Part shown: positions 53,599 through 63,034 of the stretch, one piece after another
Numbering within the stretch: the first letter of the stretch is position 1
Layout: each line of letters starts with the position of its first letter
Assembly: GCA_963847445.1 (NCBI GenBank)
Contig: CAWJZV010000004.1
Coordinates: forward strand, 1-64,000
DNA: 64,000 nucleotides
Origin: an uncultured delta proteobacterium
GTDB lineage: Bacteria > Desulfobacterota > Binatia > UBA9968
Reading direction: 5' to 3'
Notes under the pieces: generated by a model
Database searches by the model: none
Seen by the model: only the letters and a program-made list of their open reading frames with translations
What the model was told of the DNA's origin: nothing
Translations under genes and position numbers: made by a program

Positions 53599-54344
53599 CA
53601 CGAATTTTCTCGCATGGCCCACTCACGCGCGTTCAAAGCCTGGCCGGTAACCCGCTGCGATTCATCCGAAGCCAGGTAGATGAAAATAGGCAGAATCGAT
53701 TCCGCCGTCGGCAGCGTCGCTGGGTCTTCTTCCGGATATGCCGCCGCTCTCATGCGCGTGCGGGTCGCCGCGGGATTGACCGAATTGACTCTGATCCCGG
53801 CAGCTTTGACTTCATCAGCGAGCACCTGGGTAAATCCCTCCAAACCAGCTTTCGAGACCGCATAGGCGCCCCAGCGCGCCTTGCCAAGTCGGCCGACACC
53901 TGAAGTCAGGTTAATGATGGAGCCGCCCCGGCGCGCTAACATCACCGGCAAAACTTCGCGGGTAATAAAAAACAACCCATTGAGATTGATCCGCAAGACT
54001 TCTTCCCAGTCGGCGATCGGATAATCGGCGATCGCCACCCGCGGTCCGAGGATGCCGGCGTTGTTGACCAAAATATCGATGGCGGCAAAATTCGCCATCG
54101 CGGCAGCGACGATGCGCCGGACGTCCGTGGCGTTGCCGATATCGCCCGGGACTCCAGCGATCTCGCCACCGGATTGGCGAATCTCCGCCACCGCGCGATT
54201 AATTTCCGTTGGATCACGCCCGCAGATAAACACTTGGGCACCTTGATCCGCATAGGCCGCGGCGATGGCACGGCCGATGCCATGGCTGCCGCCGGTGATC
54301 AGCGCGACCTTGCCGAAGAGTTTTTTATTGCCGCTGCTTGCCAT
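53598..54344 (-). CDS. SDR oxidoreductase (YciK-like)
   Basis: TGGSHGIG, NNAG, WGAYAVSK, TRTRMRAAAYPEEDP. Confidence 0.9.
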   Translation of the reverse strand: MASSGNKKLFGKVALITGGSHGIGRAIAAAYADQGAQVFICGRDPTEINRAVAEIRQSGGEIAGVPGDIGNATDVRRIVAAAMANFAAIDILVNNAGILGPRVAIADYPIADWEEVLRINLNGLFFITREVLPVMLARRGGSIINLTSGVGRLGKARWGAYAVSKAGLEGFTQVLADEVKAAGIRVNSVNPAATRTRMRAAAYPEEDPATLPTAESILPIFIYLASDESQRVTGQALNAREWAMRENS

Positions 54345-54376
54345 CGTTTCGTCGCTATAACATAGTTGAAAGATTC

Positions 54377-55318
54377 ATGAAATCGTGGCAACCGCACCAG
54401 CGATTACTTCTCTACCTGTTGCTCGCGCTCGCCCTCGCTTGCGCCATCAGCCCGATCTTGTCCCTGGGCGCCGACTGGTTCATGACCCAGTGGCCGGCGT
54501 TAATGCCGCAGCGCATTCCGTTCCATCGCACCTTCGATCGCGCCTTCATGATTTCCGGTATCCTGCTGTTCATTGTTTGCCGGCGCGCGCTGATTCCCGC
54601 GCGCTTGCAAGAGCTGTTGCGGGTCGGCGCTGCCCCAGCGAGCCGAGACCTTGCCGCCGGCCTCGGCTTGGCGTTGGTTTCAATGCTTTTGGTCATCGCC
54701 GCGATGATCGTGGCCGAAGTCTTTACGCCCTTTTTTCGCCTCACAAGATCGGTCGCCGTCGAACGAGTTGCCAGGGCCGCGGCGGCGGGAATATTTGCCG
54801 GCGTGTTCGAGGAAATATTTTTTCGCGGCATCTTGTTCATGGGACTACGCACCCGGAGCTACGACGTCCGCGCCTATCTCCTGGCCAACTTATTTTATGC
54901 CGCGCTCCATTTCGTCCGACCGGGCGATGCCTACTTTCTCGACCGCCTCGACCTTGGCGCCGGCTTCCGCCACTTAGGGTACACCTTCACGCCATTTCTC
55001 GACCCGCTGTCACTACTACCCGGCCTGATCGGACTAGTGCTCGGCGGCGCCGTATTATCATTTGCCGTGGAGCGCGCCGGCAATTTGTATCTCGCCATCG
55101 GCTTGCACGCGGGATGGGTGTTTAGCTTAAAAACTTTACGAGTCTTCGGCGACTTCCAACGCGAAGGCTTAGGCTGGCTCTTCGGCTCCAGCGATCCGAA
55201 ACTCGTCAGCGGCGTCGCCACCTGGGCAGCGATCCTATTGGCCGGCGTGGCGGTATATTACTTGACTAAAAGCCGCGCCGTCCGGTCAAACGATCTGCCT
55301 CGCGCAGCAGCGGCCTGA
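54377..55318 (+). CDS. CPBP/Abi family intramembrane glutamic endopeptidase
   Basis: EEIFFRG, FYAALH, AIGLHAGW. Confidence 0.88.
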   Translation: MKSWQPHQRLLLYLLLALALACAISPILSLGADWFMTQWPALMPQRIPFHRTFDRAFMISGILLFIVCRRALIPARLQELLRVGAAPASRDLAAGLGLALVSMLLVIAAMIVAEVFTPFFRLTRSVAVERVARAAAAGIFAGVFEEIFFRGILFMGLRTRSYDVRAYLLANLFYAALHFVRPGDAYFLDRLDLGAGFRHLGYTFTPFLDPLSLLPGLIGLVLGGAVLSFAVERAGNLYLAIGLHAGWVFSLKTLRVFGDFQREGLGWLFGSSDPKLVSGVATWAAILLAGVAVYYLTKSRAVRSNDLPRAAAA

Positions 55319-55919
55319 TCTTCTCGGCGATGCGCTGCCCCATCAAGCGATAGCCCGCGCCATTGGGATGGATCGGATCGCTTTTGAGCTTGGCGTCGGT
55401 AAGAATTCCTTGCATCACCTGGGGAATGTAATAGGCGCCAAACTGCTTGGCGGTCTCTTCGTAGATCGGGCTGTATTCATCGGTAAATATCCCAAGCCGC
55501 ATGCCGGCGATCGCCACCATGGCGCCTTGCGCCTGAATGCGCCGCACCATCTCCGCTAAATTTTTCTTCGTCTCCGCGCGCGGCACCTGGCGCAAGAAAT
55601 CGTTGCCGCCCAATAAAACAATCACCAGCCGCGGATTGCCCGCGAGGACTTCCGATAACCGCGCCAGCGCCAGCGCTGTGGTATCGCCGCGCCGGCCATG
55701 GTTGCGCACCGGAAAGGCCAGTTCGCGCGACAGCACCGCAGGATAGTCTTCGCCGCCGTTGGCACCGACGCCTTCGGTCAAGCTGTCACCCAAACAGACG
55801 ATCGCCTCGTTGGTCGATCGCAAGTTACGCACGTTATCAAAGCTGTCGCCACCGCAACCGAGTGACGCAATAACGATAAAAACATAACCGGCGGCGCGCA
55901 CTTTACTTCGCTTGGTCAT
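55266..55919 (-). CDS. SGNH/GDSL arylesterase (TesA-like) lipoprotein
   Basis: GDSLT, GDTT, GGND, DPIHPN. Confidence 0.9.
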   Translation of the reverse strand: MTKRSKVRAAGYVFIVIASLGCGGDSFDNVRNLRSTNEAIVCLGDSLTEGVGANGGEDYPAVLSRELAFPVRNHGRRGDTTALALARLSEVLAGNPRLVIVLLGGNDFLRQVPRAETKKNLAEMVRRIQAQGAMVAIAGMRLGIFTDEYSPIYEETAKQFGAYYIPQVMQGILTDAKLKSDPIHPNGAGYRLMGQRIAEKIRPLLREADRLTGRRGF

Positions 55920-55962
55920 GGCCAGGAGCAACTGCACCGCTGAGCAGGAGCCGGGTAAAGCG

Positions 55963-57336
55963 TCATGACTGACACAGCAGATCGCTCAGCTCTCGGGTCG
56001 AAGATAACTGTTGCAAATGCTGCACCGCGTCGAGAACTTTTTCGACCCGCTCCGTGGGTAACGCTAGCTTGGCGTTGGCGCGGAACTTCGACTCGATGTC
56101 GGAGGGCGGCAATGGATCTTCCAAGCCGCCGCGCGGATGGGGCTGGTTCTCTTCGAGCACAGTGCCGTCGTCGAGATAAACTTTGACATGGCCGGAAAAG
56201 TGGCGCGGATAATCGATGGTCGCATCGAGTTCATAACCAACTTTAGCCGCGAGACCTAGGACTTCGGCATCGTGAATCGCTTGGTCGCTAAACTCCTCCA
56301 AGCCGGCCCGCCCGTGCACTAACATCACCGCGATGCTGTAGGGCAAACTAAACTTGGCGCCATAGGAACTGATCGGATTCTGTTTGCCTGCCAGCGGCTC
56401 CCACAGCCGATGCACCGGCCCCTCGGCGGTGCGGCAAACGACTTGTCTTATCCGCGCCGGCGCCGGCCCATGCCGCTGTCTAATCTTGAGGGCGCAATCC
56501 ATGTAGGGATGAGAGATCGAACCGCAGGGATAAGATTTAAAAGTCAGCTTGGGGATCTCCCAGACTTTGCCGAGCTCGGTGATTTTTTCATAGCGGTAAT
56601 CGTTCTTGCCACCGAAGGACGGAAAGAATCCGTTGGTGCCTTCGAAAACTTTCGCCGGTCCGCGAAAGCCTTCTTGGGCCAAGAGCGTCGCGATGACGCC
56701 GCCATGGGCCGACCAACCTGGGTGCAAACGCTTGGTCCAGGTACCATCGGCCAAGTATTCGATGATGCCCGAGCTCTGGCTGCCGCACAGACCGAAAGCA
56801 TCGATCCATTGCGGCAGGCTCAGGCCGTAGAGCCGGCCCGCCGCCGCCGCGGCGCCGAAGGTCGAGCAAAGCGCCGTCGGATGAAATCCGCGAGCGTGAA
56901 ATTTTCCCGGCGCCACCAGACCGATTTTGCACAGCACCTCGGTGCCGATGATCGCCGCTGCCAATAACGCCGCACCGCTAGCCGCGGTTTCTTCCGCCAC
57001 GGCCAGGGCGGTCATCCAGGCGCAAGCGCCGGTGTGGACGATCGCCTCTTCCAAGGTGTCGTCGTAATCCAGGCCATGGGCCAAGGTGCCGTTGGCGATG
57101 ACCGCGTTGGCCGCCGCCACCCGGTCCGGCGCACCGATGATCACGCTATCGCCCGCGCCGCCGAGTTTCTTGGCCACCTTGGTAACCATCGCACCAAAAT
57201 CCATGGTCGAGGACGCCAGCGCGATGCCAAGAGTATCGAGAAACACCAGCTTGGCTTTCTCGATCACCGCCAACGGCACGTCGACAAGCTTCAAGTCGTT
57301 GGCGAACTTACCGATCTGTGCAGAATATGAATCCAC
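55963..57336 (-). CDS. MmgE/PrpD family protein
   Basis: NGTLAHGLDYDDT, GFHPT, KRLHPG, KSYPCG, PRGGLEDP. Confidence 0.92.
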   Translation of the reverse strand: MDSYSAQIGKFANDLKLVDVPLAVIEKAKLVFLDTLGIALASSTMDFGAMVTKVAKKLGGAGDSVIIGAPDRVAAANAVIANGTLAHGLDYDDTLEEAIVHTGACAWMTALAVAEETAASGAALLAAAIIGTEVLCKIGLVAPGKFHARGFHPTALCSTFGAAAAAGRLYGLSLPQWIDAFGLCGSQSSGIIEYLADGTWTKRLHPGWSAHGGVIATLLAQEGFRGPAKVFEGTNGFFPSFGGKNDYRYEKITELGKVWEIPKLTFKSYPCGSISHPYMDCALKIRQRHGPAPARIRQVVCRTAEGPVHRLWEPLAGKQNPISSYGAKFSLPYSIAVMLVHGRAGLEEFSDQAIHDAEVLGLAAKVGYELDATIDYPRHFSGHVKVYLDDGTVLEENQPHPRGGLEDPLPPSDIESKFRANAKLALPTERVEKVLDAVQHLQQLSSTRELSDLLCQS

Positions 57337-57438
57337 GCGCGTAAATCTCCTAATTACGCTTTACAGCGCTTTTTTCACCATGCTACTTTCGAGCGAAGTT
57401 ACACTTCGAGCATCGCACGCGCAACCTGGGAGAACCAA

Positions 57439-58275
57439 ATGGAATGGCAAAGCATCCTGATCGGCCCGCTCACTCTCGCCCTCGGCGTCTTGCTCCTGCT
57501 TATCTGCTTGGCGGGATTTCTCTGGTTGACCGGCAAACTCGAAGGCTACGATCCGATCAATGAATTGCTCATGCGCGACAACGCGGCTCTTGGGCTTCGT
57601 TACGCCCTATTTGCCATCGCCGTGGTTTTCTCTCTGCTGGGTATTTTTGACCGTGGCCAGGGCGACGAAGGAGCGGCGGATTTCTCACTCCATGCAATTT
57701 TGGCAACCTTGCTGATTTACATTTCCCGTTTCCTAAACGACTGGTTCATCCTCTATCATTTCAGCAACAACCGCGAAGTGGTACAGGAGAAAAATGTCGC
57801 CGTGGCGCTCGTCGAAGGCGCCACCTACATGGCCAGCGCCTATGTGATCGGCGGCGCTTTTTACGATTGGGAAAGCGGGCTGTCGACGGCGCTCCTATGG
57901 TTTATCATCGGCCAGCTATTGTTGGTATTTCTCGCCCTGCTCTACCACGCCGTGGCGCGCGGCACCGACAAGGCCCTCGACGATCACAATCTCGCCGTCG
58001 CCATTTCACTGGGCGCGTTTCTCCTCGCCGGCGGCATGATTTGCGGCACGGTGATCAGCGGCCCTTCCACCGGCTGGCGCAACGACTTGCTCATCGTCGC
58101 GGCCTATCTGGCCACCTGGATCGTCACCATGCTGGCGGCTCATTGGCTCTCCGACCGGGTGGTGTTCCGGACCGCGCGCATGGCCGACGAAGTTACCGAA
58201 CAGCGCAACATCGCCGCCGCCTTGTTTAAAGCGGTGATCTTCATTTCGCTGACCTTTGGCTTCACCCATGGATGA
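57439..58275 (+). CDS. DUF350 (YjfL-like) membrane protein, duplicated domain
   Basis: DNAALG, KNVAVA, HNLAVA, RNIAAA repeats; upstream of the ygiB/ygiC-like genes. Confidence 0.8.
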   Translation: MEWQSILIGPLTLALGVLLLLICLAGFLWLTGKLEGYDPINELLMRDNAALGLRYALFAIAVVFSLLGIFDRGQGDEGAADFSLHAILATLLIYISRFLNDWFILYHFSNNREVVQEKNVAVALVEGATYMASAYVIGGAFYDWESGLSTALLWFIIGQLLLVFLALLYHAVARGTDKALDDHNLAVAISLGAFLLAGGMICGTVISGPSTGWRNDLLIVAAYLATWIVTMLAAHWLSDRVVFRTARMADEVTEQRNIAAALFKAVIFISLTFGFTHG

Positions 58276-58281
58276 GCCGCG

Positions 58282-58638
58282 ATGAAAAGATCCGCCAAGG
58301 TTACCGTGGCATTTCTGTCATCCGTCGCCAGCGCATTCATGAACGGCTGCGGCGATGATGGCCAGTGGGTCGAAGCCAAACGCTGCGTCAATAACAGCAA
58401 CGTCGTCGTCGAAGACAGTTGGTGCGAGGATCCCGCCAACAGCTCGGGCCGCACCGGCGCTGGTTATCATTCCTACTACTACGGCGGCCGCGGCTACTAT
58501 CCCGGCGATGTCGTTAGCGGCGGCGGTCATGTGCCGCTGAGCGGCGTCAACTACCGAAGCGCTAGCCGGGTGCCGCGCGGCGGCTTCGGCTCCACCGGCA
58601 AGGCATTCGTCAGCCGCGGCGGTTCCATCAGCAGTTAA
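58282..58638 (+). CDS. YgiB/DUF1190-like lipoprotein
   Basis: MKRS.., lipobox-like Cys, additional Cys pair, YYYGG, VPRGGFGSTG C-terminus. Confidence 0.7.
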   Translation: MKRSAKVTVAFLSSVASAFMNGCGDDGQWVEAKRCVNNSNVVVEDSWCEDPANSSGRTGAGYHSYYYGGRGYYPGDVVSGGGHVPLSGVNYRSASRVPRGGFGSTGKAFVSRGGSISS

Positions 58639-58659
58639 CTATTTGCCGATACGAGGTTC

Positions 58660-59298
58660 ACCACGAAGGCCTAGCGCAGCGAAGCCGCAACCGAAAAGAA
58701 GAATGGCCGCAAAGAACTTAGCGCAGCAGAGCCGCAACCAAATGGGAAAGAGTTTTCACCACGAAGCTCACGAAGGACACGAAGGGTTCGGAAAATTATT
58801 ACTCCGAACTTCGTGCTCTTCGTGTCCTTCGTGGTGAGATTGGATTTCTTCATTGAGCACGCCAACTTAGCAGTACCGGTACGGAAAATTTGCGCAAGCC
58901 GCGCAAACTATCACGGATAGTAGTACATGCTTTTTCCCAGACTGGGCTGGGAAAAAGAGGTTCGCCCGTTGGCGAACAGCCGCAATCAAAACTCGGAATA
59001 TCTCTCGCAATGGCGCTAAGCTCGCAAAGGTGACGGGCGATGCCCGTCATCCCAAGGAAACACGAGGGATCTAAGATAGATTTCTCCCAAGGGTCGAAAT
59101 GACAACAATTCCGAACTTGGCGTCTTTGCGCCTTGGCGAGAGGAATTTCCGAATCCGAGAATATTCGACTCCCGGAATATTAAAGCCGTACGCTATGACA
59201 AACATGTTGGTGTTAGTTTTTGGACAGCAATACGAAGGACCTGAAGGTTTCAGATGTATAAATTTCCGAACTTCGCGATCTTCGTGCCTTCGTGGTGA
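58660..59298. repeat. Multi-level nested repeat mosaic splitting the DUF350-ygiB-ygiC cluster
   Basis: Left motifs at 58672, 58719 and about 58978; right motifs ending at 58926 and about 59233; segments shared with 3481-3605 (reverse) and 35199-35450. Confidence 0.85.
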
Positions 59299-59313
59299 GA
59301 AAGAATTTTTCCC

Positions 59314-60456
59314 ATGAAACGAATCAGCACCACACCGCGTCAAGACTGGGAGAAAAAGGTCGAAGAGATCGGCCTGATTTACCATCATACCGAGGGGCAA
59401 CCCTACTGGAACGAGTCGGCATATTATTCCTTTCGCTCTGCTGAAATCGACCGCATCGAGGTGGCGAGCAACGAACTCCATCAGATGTGCCTCGAAGCGG
59501 CGCAGCATATCATTGACAACAACCGCTTCGACGAACTGGCCATTCCCGCCGCGGCGGTTCCATTCATCAAGCTAGCCTGGGAGGACGAACCGCCGGCGCT
59601 CTATGGCCGCTTCGACCTCGCCTATGACGGCGAGCATTTAAAATTATTGGAATACAATGCCGACACGCCGACCGCGCTGGTCGAAGCCGCCGTCGCCCAG
59701 TGGTACTGGCTGCAAGAGCGTTTCCCCGATCTCGATCAGTTCAATTCGATTCACGAAAAGCTTTTGGCCAAGTGGCGAGAGTTGAAGCCCTATCTGGCCA
59801 ATCCCATGCATTTCACCTATCTGCCGCCGCCGGACGTGGAAAACAGCGAAGACTTGATGACGGTGACCTACCTCATGGACTTGGCTGGCCAGGCCGGTAT
59901 CGAAAGTACGCTGGTCAAAATTGACGATATCGGTTGGGACGCCGAACGGAATACCTTCGTCGATCAGGCGGACAAGCCGATCCGCAGTATTTTCAAACTC
60001 TACCCCTGGGAGTGGCTGTTGCGCGATCGCTTCGCCGAGCATTTTTTCGCGTCTTATACCTTAACCCAATGGGTCGAGCCGATCTGGAAAATGCTGTTGT
60101 CGAACAAGGGCATCCTGCCGATTCTCTGGGAATTGTTTCCGCACCATGCCAATCTGTTGGAGTGTTATTTTACCGGCCCGAAGCATTTAACCCATTACGT
60201 CAAAAAGCCGCTGCTCTCGCGCGAGGGCGCCAACTTGTCGATTCATCACGGCGCCGCGGTTGAGACCATCGGCGGCCCCTACGGCGAGGAAGGTTTCATC
60301 TATCAAGCCACGGCCCGTATCGCGAACTTCGACGGCGCCTATCCGATCATCGGCAGTTGGATGATCGACGGCGTCGCCGCCGGCATCGGCATCCGCGAAT
60401 CGGACACGCTAGTAACCAATAACTTGAGCTCCTTCGTGCCCCACCTGTTCGAGTAA
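59314..60456 (+). CDS. Glutathionylspermidine synthase family ATP-grasp ligase (YgiC/YjfC-like)
   Basis: YWNESAYY, LYGRFDL, EYNADTPT, FKLYPWEW, EPIWKMLLSNK, KKPLLSREG, FVPH. Confidence 0.93.
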   Translation: MKRISTTPRQDWEKKVEEIGLIYHHTEGQPYWNESAYYSFRSAEIDRIEVASNELHQMCLEAAQHIIDNNRFDELAIPAAAVPFIKLAWEDEPPALYGRFDLAYDGEHLKLLEYNADTPTALVEAAVAQWYWLQERFPDLDQFNSIHEKLLAKWRELKPYLANPMHFTYLPPPDVENSEDLMTVTYLMDLAGQAGIESTLVKIDDIGWDAERNTFVDQADKPIRSIFKLYPWEWLLRDRFAEHFFASYTLTQWVEPIWKMLLSNKGILPILWELFPHHANLLECYFTGPKHLTHYVKKPLLSREGANLSIHHGAAVETIGGPYGEEGFIYQATARIANFDGAYPIIGSWMIDGVAAGIGIRESDTLVTNNLSSFVPHLFE

Positions 60457-60474
60457 CCGAGCCGGCGCCAAATC

Positions 60475-60590
60475 AATAAACAAGGCATTTCGCGTACAGG
60501 GTATTCACCCCGCACGCGACCAAAGGGGATGCTCGCCCCCTTTGGATTCCCCATTTGATGGTGCCCCCAGCAAGCTGCGGGGAATGTTTA
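60475..60590. mobile_element. Short non-autonomous element / MITE-like remnant with hairpins
   Basis: CCAAAGGGG..CCCCCTTTGG hairpin and CCCCAGCAAGCTGCGGGG end hairpin between convergent genes; family assignment uncertain. Confidence 0.4.
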
Positions 60591-60601
60591 GATTCAACCC
60601 G

Positions 60602-61072
60602 TCATGCCGCCACAAACAGCGGATCATGCCGTTTCGGCGCGGGAATCGCCATCACCGGACAAGGCGCATGGGCGATCACTTTCTCGGTCACGCTGCCGAG
60701 CAGCATATGATCCAGCCCGGTGCGCCCATGGGTCGACATGATCACCAGATCCACTGCTTCACGGCCGGCGAGATCGGCGATATTGACATGGGCCGCGCCC
60801 AGTTCGACCTTCTGACGGACCTCGACCAGATTCATCAATTCGCCGAACTTCTCCCGCAAGAATTTGTCCAAGAACTCCGTCTGTTCGGCCATCAAGGTGC
60901 GCGCCGGCCCGAGATTTTCATGTTTGCCGAACCAGTCGTTGCTCATGTCGATCACATGCAACACGATCAGCTCCGCGCCGGATTCGTGCGCGGTTTGAAA
61001 CGCGCGACGCAGACCGACACAGGACAAGTCGGAATAATCGGTCGGCGCCAATATCTTTTTTATCTTGCTCAT
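60602..61072 (-). CDS. Universal stress protein
   Basis: KKILAPTDYS, MSTHGRTG..LLGSVTEKVI..APCPV. Confidence 0.93.
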   Translation of the reverse strand: MSKIKKILAPTDYSDLSCVGLRRAFQTAHESGAELIVLHVIDMSNDWFGKHENLGPARTLMAEQTEFLDKFLREKFGELMNLVEVRQKVELGAAHVNIADLAGREAVDLVIMSTHGRTGLDHMLLGSVTEKVIAHAPCPVMAIPAPKRHDPLFVAA

Positions 61073-61126
61073 ATTCTCCTCCTGCAATCTGCTGCGTTAG
61101 TTCGTCGAAGCGCGTCCCAGGCCGGT

Positions 61127-62029
61127 TCAAGCGGCATGAACCACCAGCACCGGATCTTCGGAATGGCGCACGACTTTCTCGGTGACACTGCCGAGCGCCC
61201 AACGTGTCACACCGGATCTGCCATGGGTACACATCGCCACCAGCGCGTCAGGATGCTGGTTGGCGTAACGAACGATCGCTTCCGCGCCGGATCCTTCGAG
61301 CGCCACCCACGATACTCTGGTTAGCCCCGACGCCGTCAGAGCTTCGGCCTTTTTTTTGAGATACCCTTCCACCTCTTCCTTCATCTCGCGCAGCATCTCG
61401 TCATATTTGGGCAGATAGTCTTCGCTGCCGTAGTACGCCGTTGCCGCGAGTTCATAGGCGCGACAGAGAACGATCTCGAGGTCGAGCTTCTTGGCGACTT
61501 CGCAGACGGTGGGCAACACCGACTCCGCCAGCTCCGAACCGTCGAGCGGCACGACAATCGCTTTAATGCTGGCACCGCGGTCGCTGGTCCCGTCATCGTC
61601 GGCACGGACGAGAAACAGCGGCGCCGTCGTGCCGCGCAGCACTTTTTCCGCCACGCTGCCCATCATCCAGCGGTTGATGCCGGAGCGGCCATGGGTCGCC
61701 ATGGCGATCAGTGTGTCTTTCTCCGCCTCAGCTCTGTCAATGATCACTTCGGCGGGCCGCCCTCTTTCGACCTTGCAGGTGACATCGAAACCAGGAAAGG
61801 TCGCGGCGACTTCGGCCAAATGCTCGCGGCTTGCGCTTTCGCCCTCAGCGATGATCGTGTCCAGATAGCGCGCCTTGTCAGCTACGATATGCGCCGTCGC
61901 CGCGGCGATGTCGACGACTTCCAGGAGTTCGATGGGCAGCTTCAGTGTACCGGCCAAGATCCGCGCAAATGGCAGAACCTTTTCCGAGGTCTTCGAACCA
62001 TCCAGCGGTATCAGTAGCTTAGAGTACAT
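61127..62029 (-). CDS. Tandem-domain universal stress protein
   Basis: Two PLDGS..THGRSG..GSV.EKV domains; AAGGAG SD. Confidence 0.93.
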   Translation of the reverse strand: MYSKLLIPLDGSKTSEKVLPFARILAGTLKLPIELLEVVDIAAATAHIVADKARYLDTIIAEGESASREHLAEVAATFPGFDVTCKVERGRPAEVIIDRAEAEKDTLIAMATHGRSGINRWMMGSVAEKVLRGTTAPLFLVRADDDGTSDRGASIKAIVVPLDGSELAESVLPTVCEVAKKLDLEIVLCRAYELAATAYYGSEDYLPKYDEMLREMKEEVEGYLKKKAEALTASGLTRVSWVALEGSGAEAIVRYANQHPDALVAMCTHGRSGVTRWALGSVTEKVVRHSEDPVLVVHAA

Positions 62030-62069
62030 ATCGATCTCCTTTCCGTAAGCCTCTCGGGCAATTAAATGC

Positions 62070-62084
62070 GCAACTAGCATGCCA
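62070..62084 (-). promoter_or_regulatory. sigma54 promoter of the usp pair
   Basis: TGGCATGCTAGTTGC on the minus strand, about 40 nt upstream of the ATG; near-consensus TGGCAY-N5-TTGC. Confidence 0.7.
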
Positions 62085-62312
62085 GCGGCCTTGGGGTGAA
62101 TTATTCAGCCCGAACGGCTAACCGATTGTCAGCGCTGAGAAAAGATCGAGCCAGTTGTCGCAGGAATGAGAATCGCAAGAACGTCGGTCAGGCCTAGACT
62201 CTCTAAACCTGCTCAGGCGAAGGATAAACACCTATTTCGCCATTCCTCCACACGCGGGAGTCCAGGCGTATTCCGGCGAACCGAAGTCGAACACTAACGC
62301 AATGCTGAATCT

Positions 62313-63017
62313 CTACGACAAGTACTCCACCGGCAGCGCCACTTCCTGCACCGAGCCATGGACCGCGCGCATACTGTAAGCCCGCGCGCCGCGCTTGGAC
62401 GCGATGACCTTGTGAACGGTATCGCCAATGAAATGCACGCCGGTCCAGTCTTCGATGGCGACGCCGGCGGCGATTTCACCGGCGGTTAACAACTTATGCA
62501 ACGACGGCCGGCGCTGCGCTTCGCCGTCGTAGTGCGGACAACAGCTGCCAGGGAGAAAACCGAGACAGTCGAGCGGCCGTAGACCGTCGGAAAAAGAATC
62601 GGTCAGCCCCTGCTCGAACCAGCAGATCGCACCGGCGCTGACTCCGGTGAGCACGATGCCGGATTGCCAGGCCTCGCGGAGTATCTCGATGACGCCCCAA
62701 TCGCGCCACACGGCGATCAAGCTTTTCGTGTTGCCGCCGCCGACGTAGATGACATCCTGGTTGAGCAGGAACGAGCGCAGGTCCGGCGTCCGTTTGAAAA
62801 ACGTCAGCACCGAAGGTTTGCAGCCAAGCTTTAAGAACGCGGCATAGAAACTGGCGACATAATGATCCGGCTCGCCGCTCGCCGTCGGGATGAAGCAGAC
62901 GCGCGCGCTGTCCGATCCGCTTTGCCGAATGACATATTTCTCCAGTTCAAGATTCTCTGCATCCCGGTAAAATCCGCCGCCGCCGATGGGAATGATCTGT
63001 TTGGCTTTCTCCGCCAC
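62313..63017 (-). CDS. pepE: Peptidase E (S51 family)
   Basis: FIPTASG, VGGGNT, GVSAGA, CPHYD. Confidence 0.9.
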   Translation of the reverse strand: MAEKAKQIIPIGGGGFYRDAENLELEKYVIRQSGSDSARVCFIPTASGEPDHYVASFYAAFLKLGCKPSVLTFFKRTPDLRSFLLNQDVIYVGGGNTKSLIAVWRDWGVIEILREAWQSGIVLTGVSAGAICWFEQGLTDSFSDGLRPLDCLGFLPGSCCPHYDGEAQRRPSLHKLLTAGEIAAGVAIEDWTGVHFIGDTVHKVIASKRGARAYSMRAVHGSVQEVALPVEYLS

Positions 63018-63034
63018 TCTCGTCTCCTCTGTTG

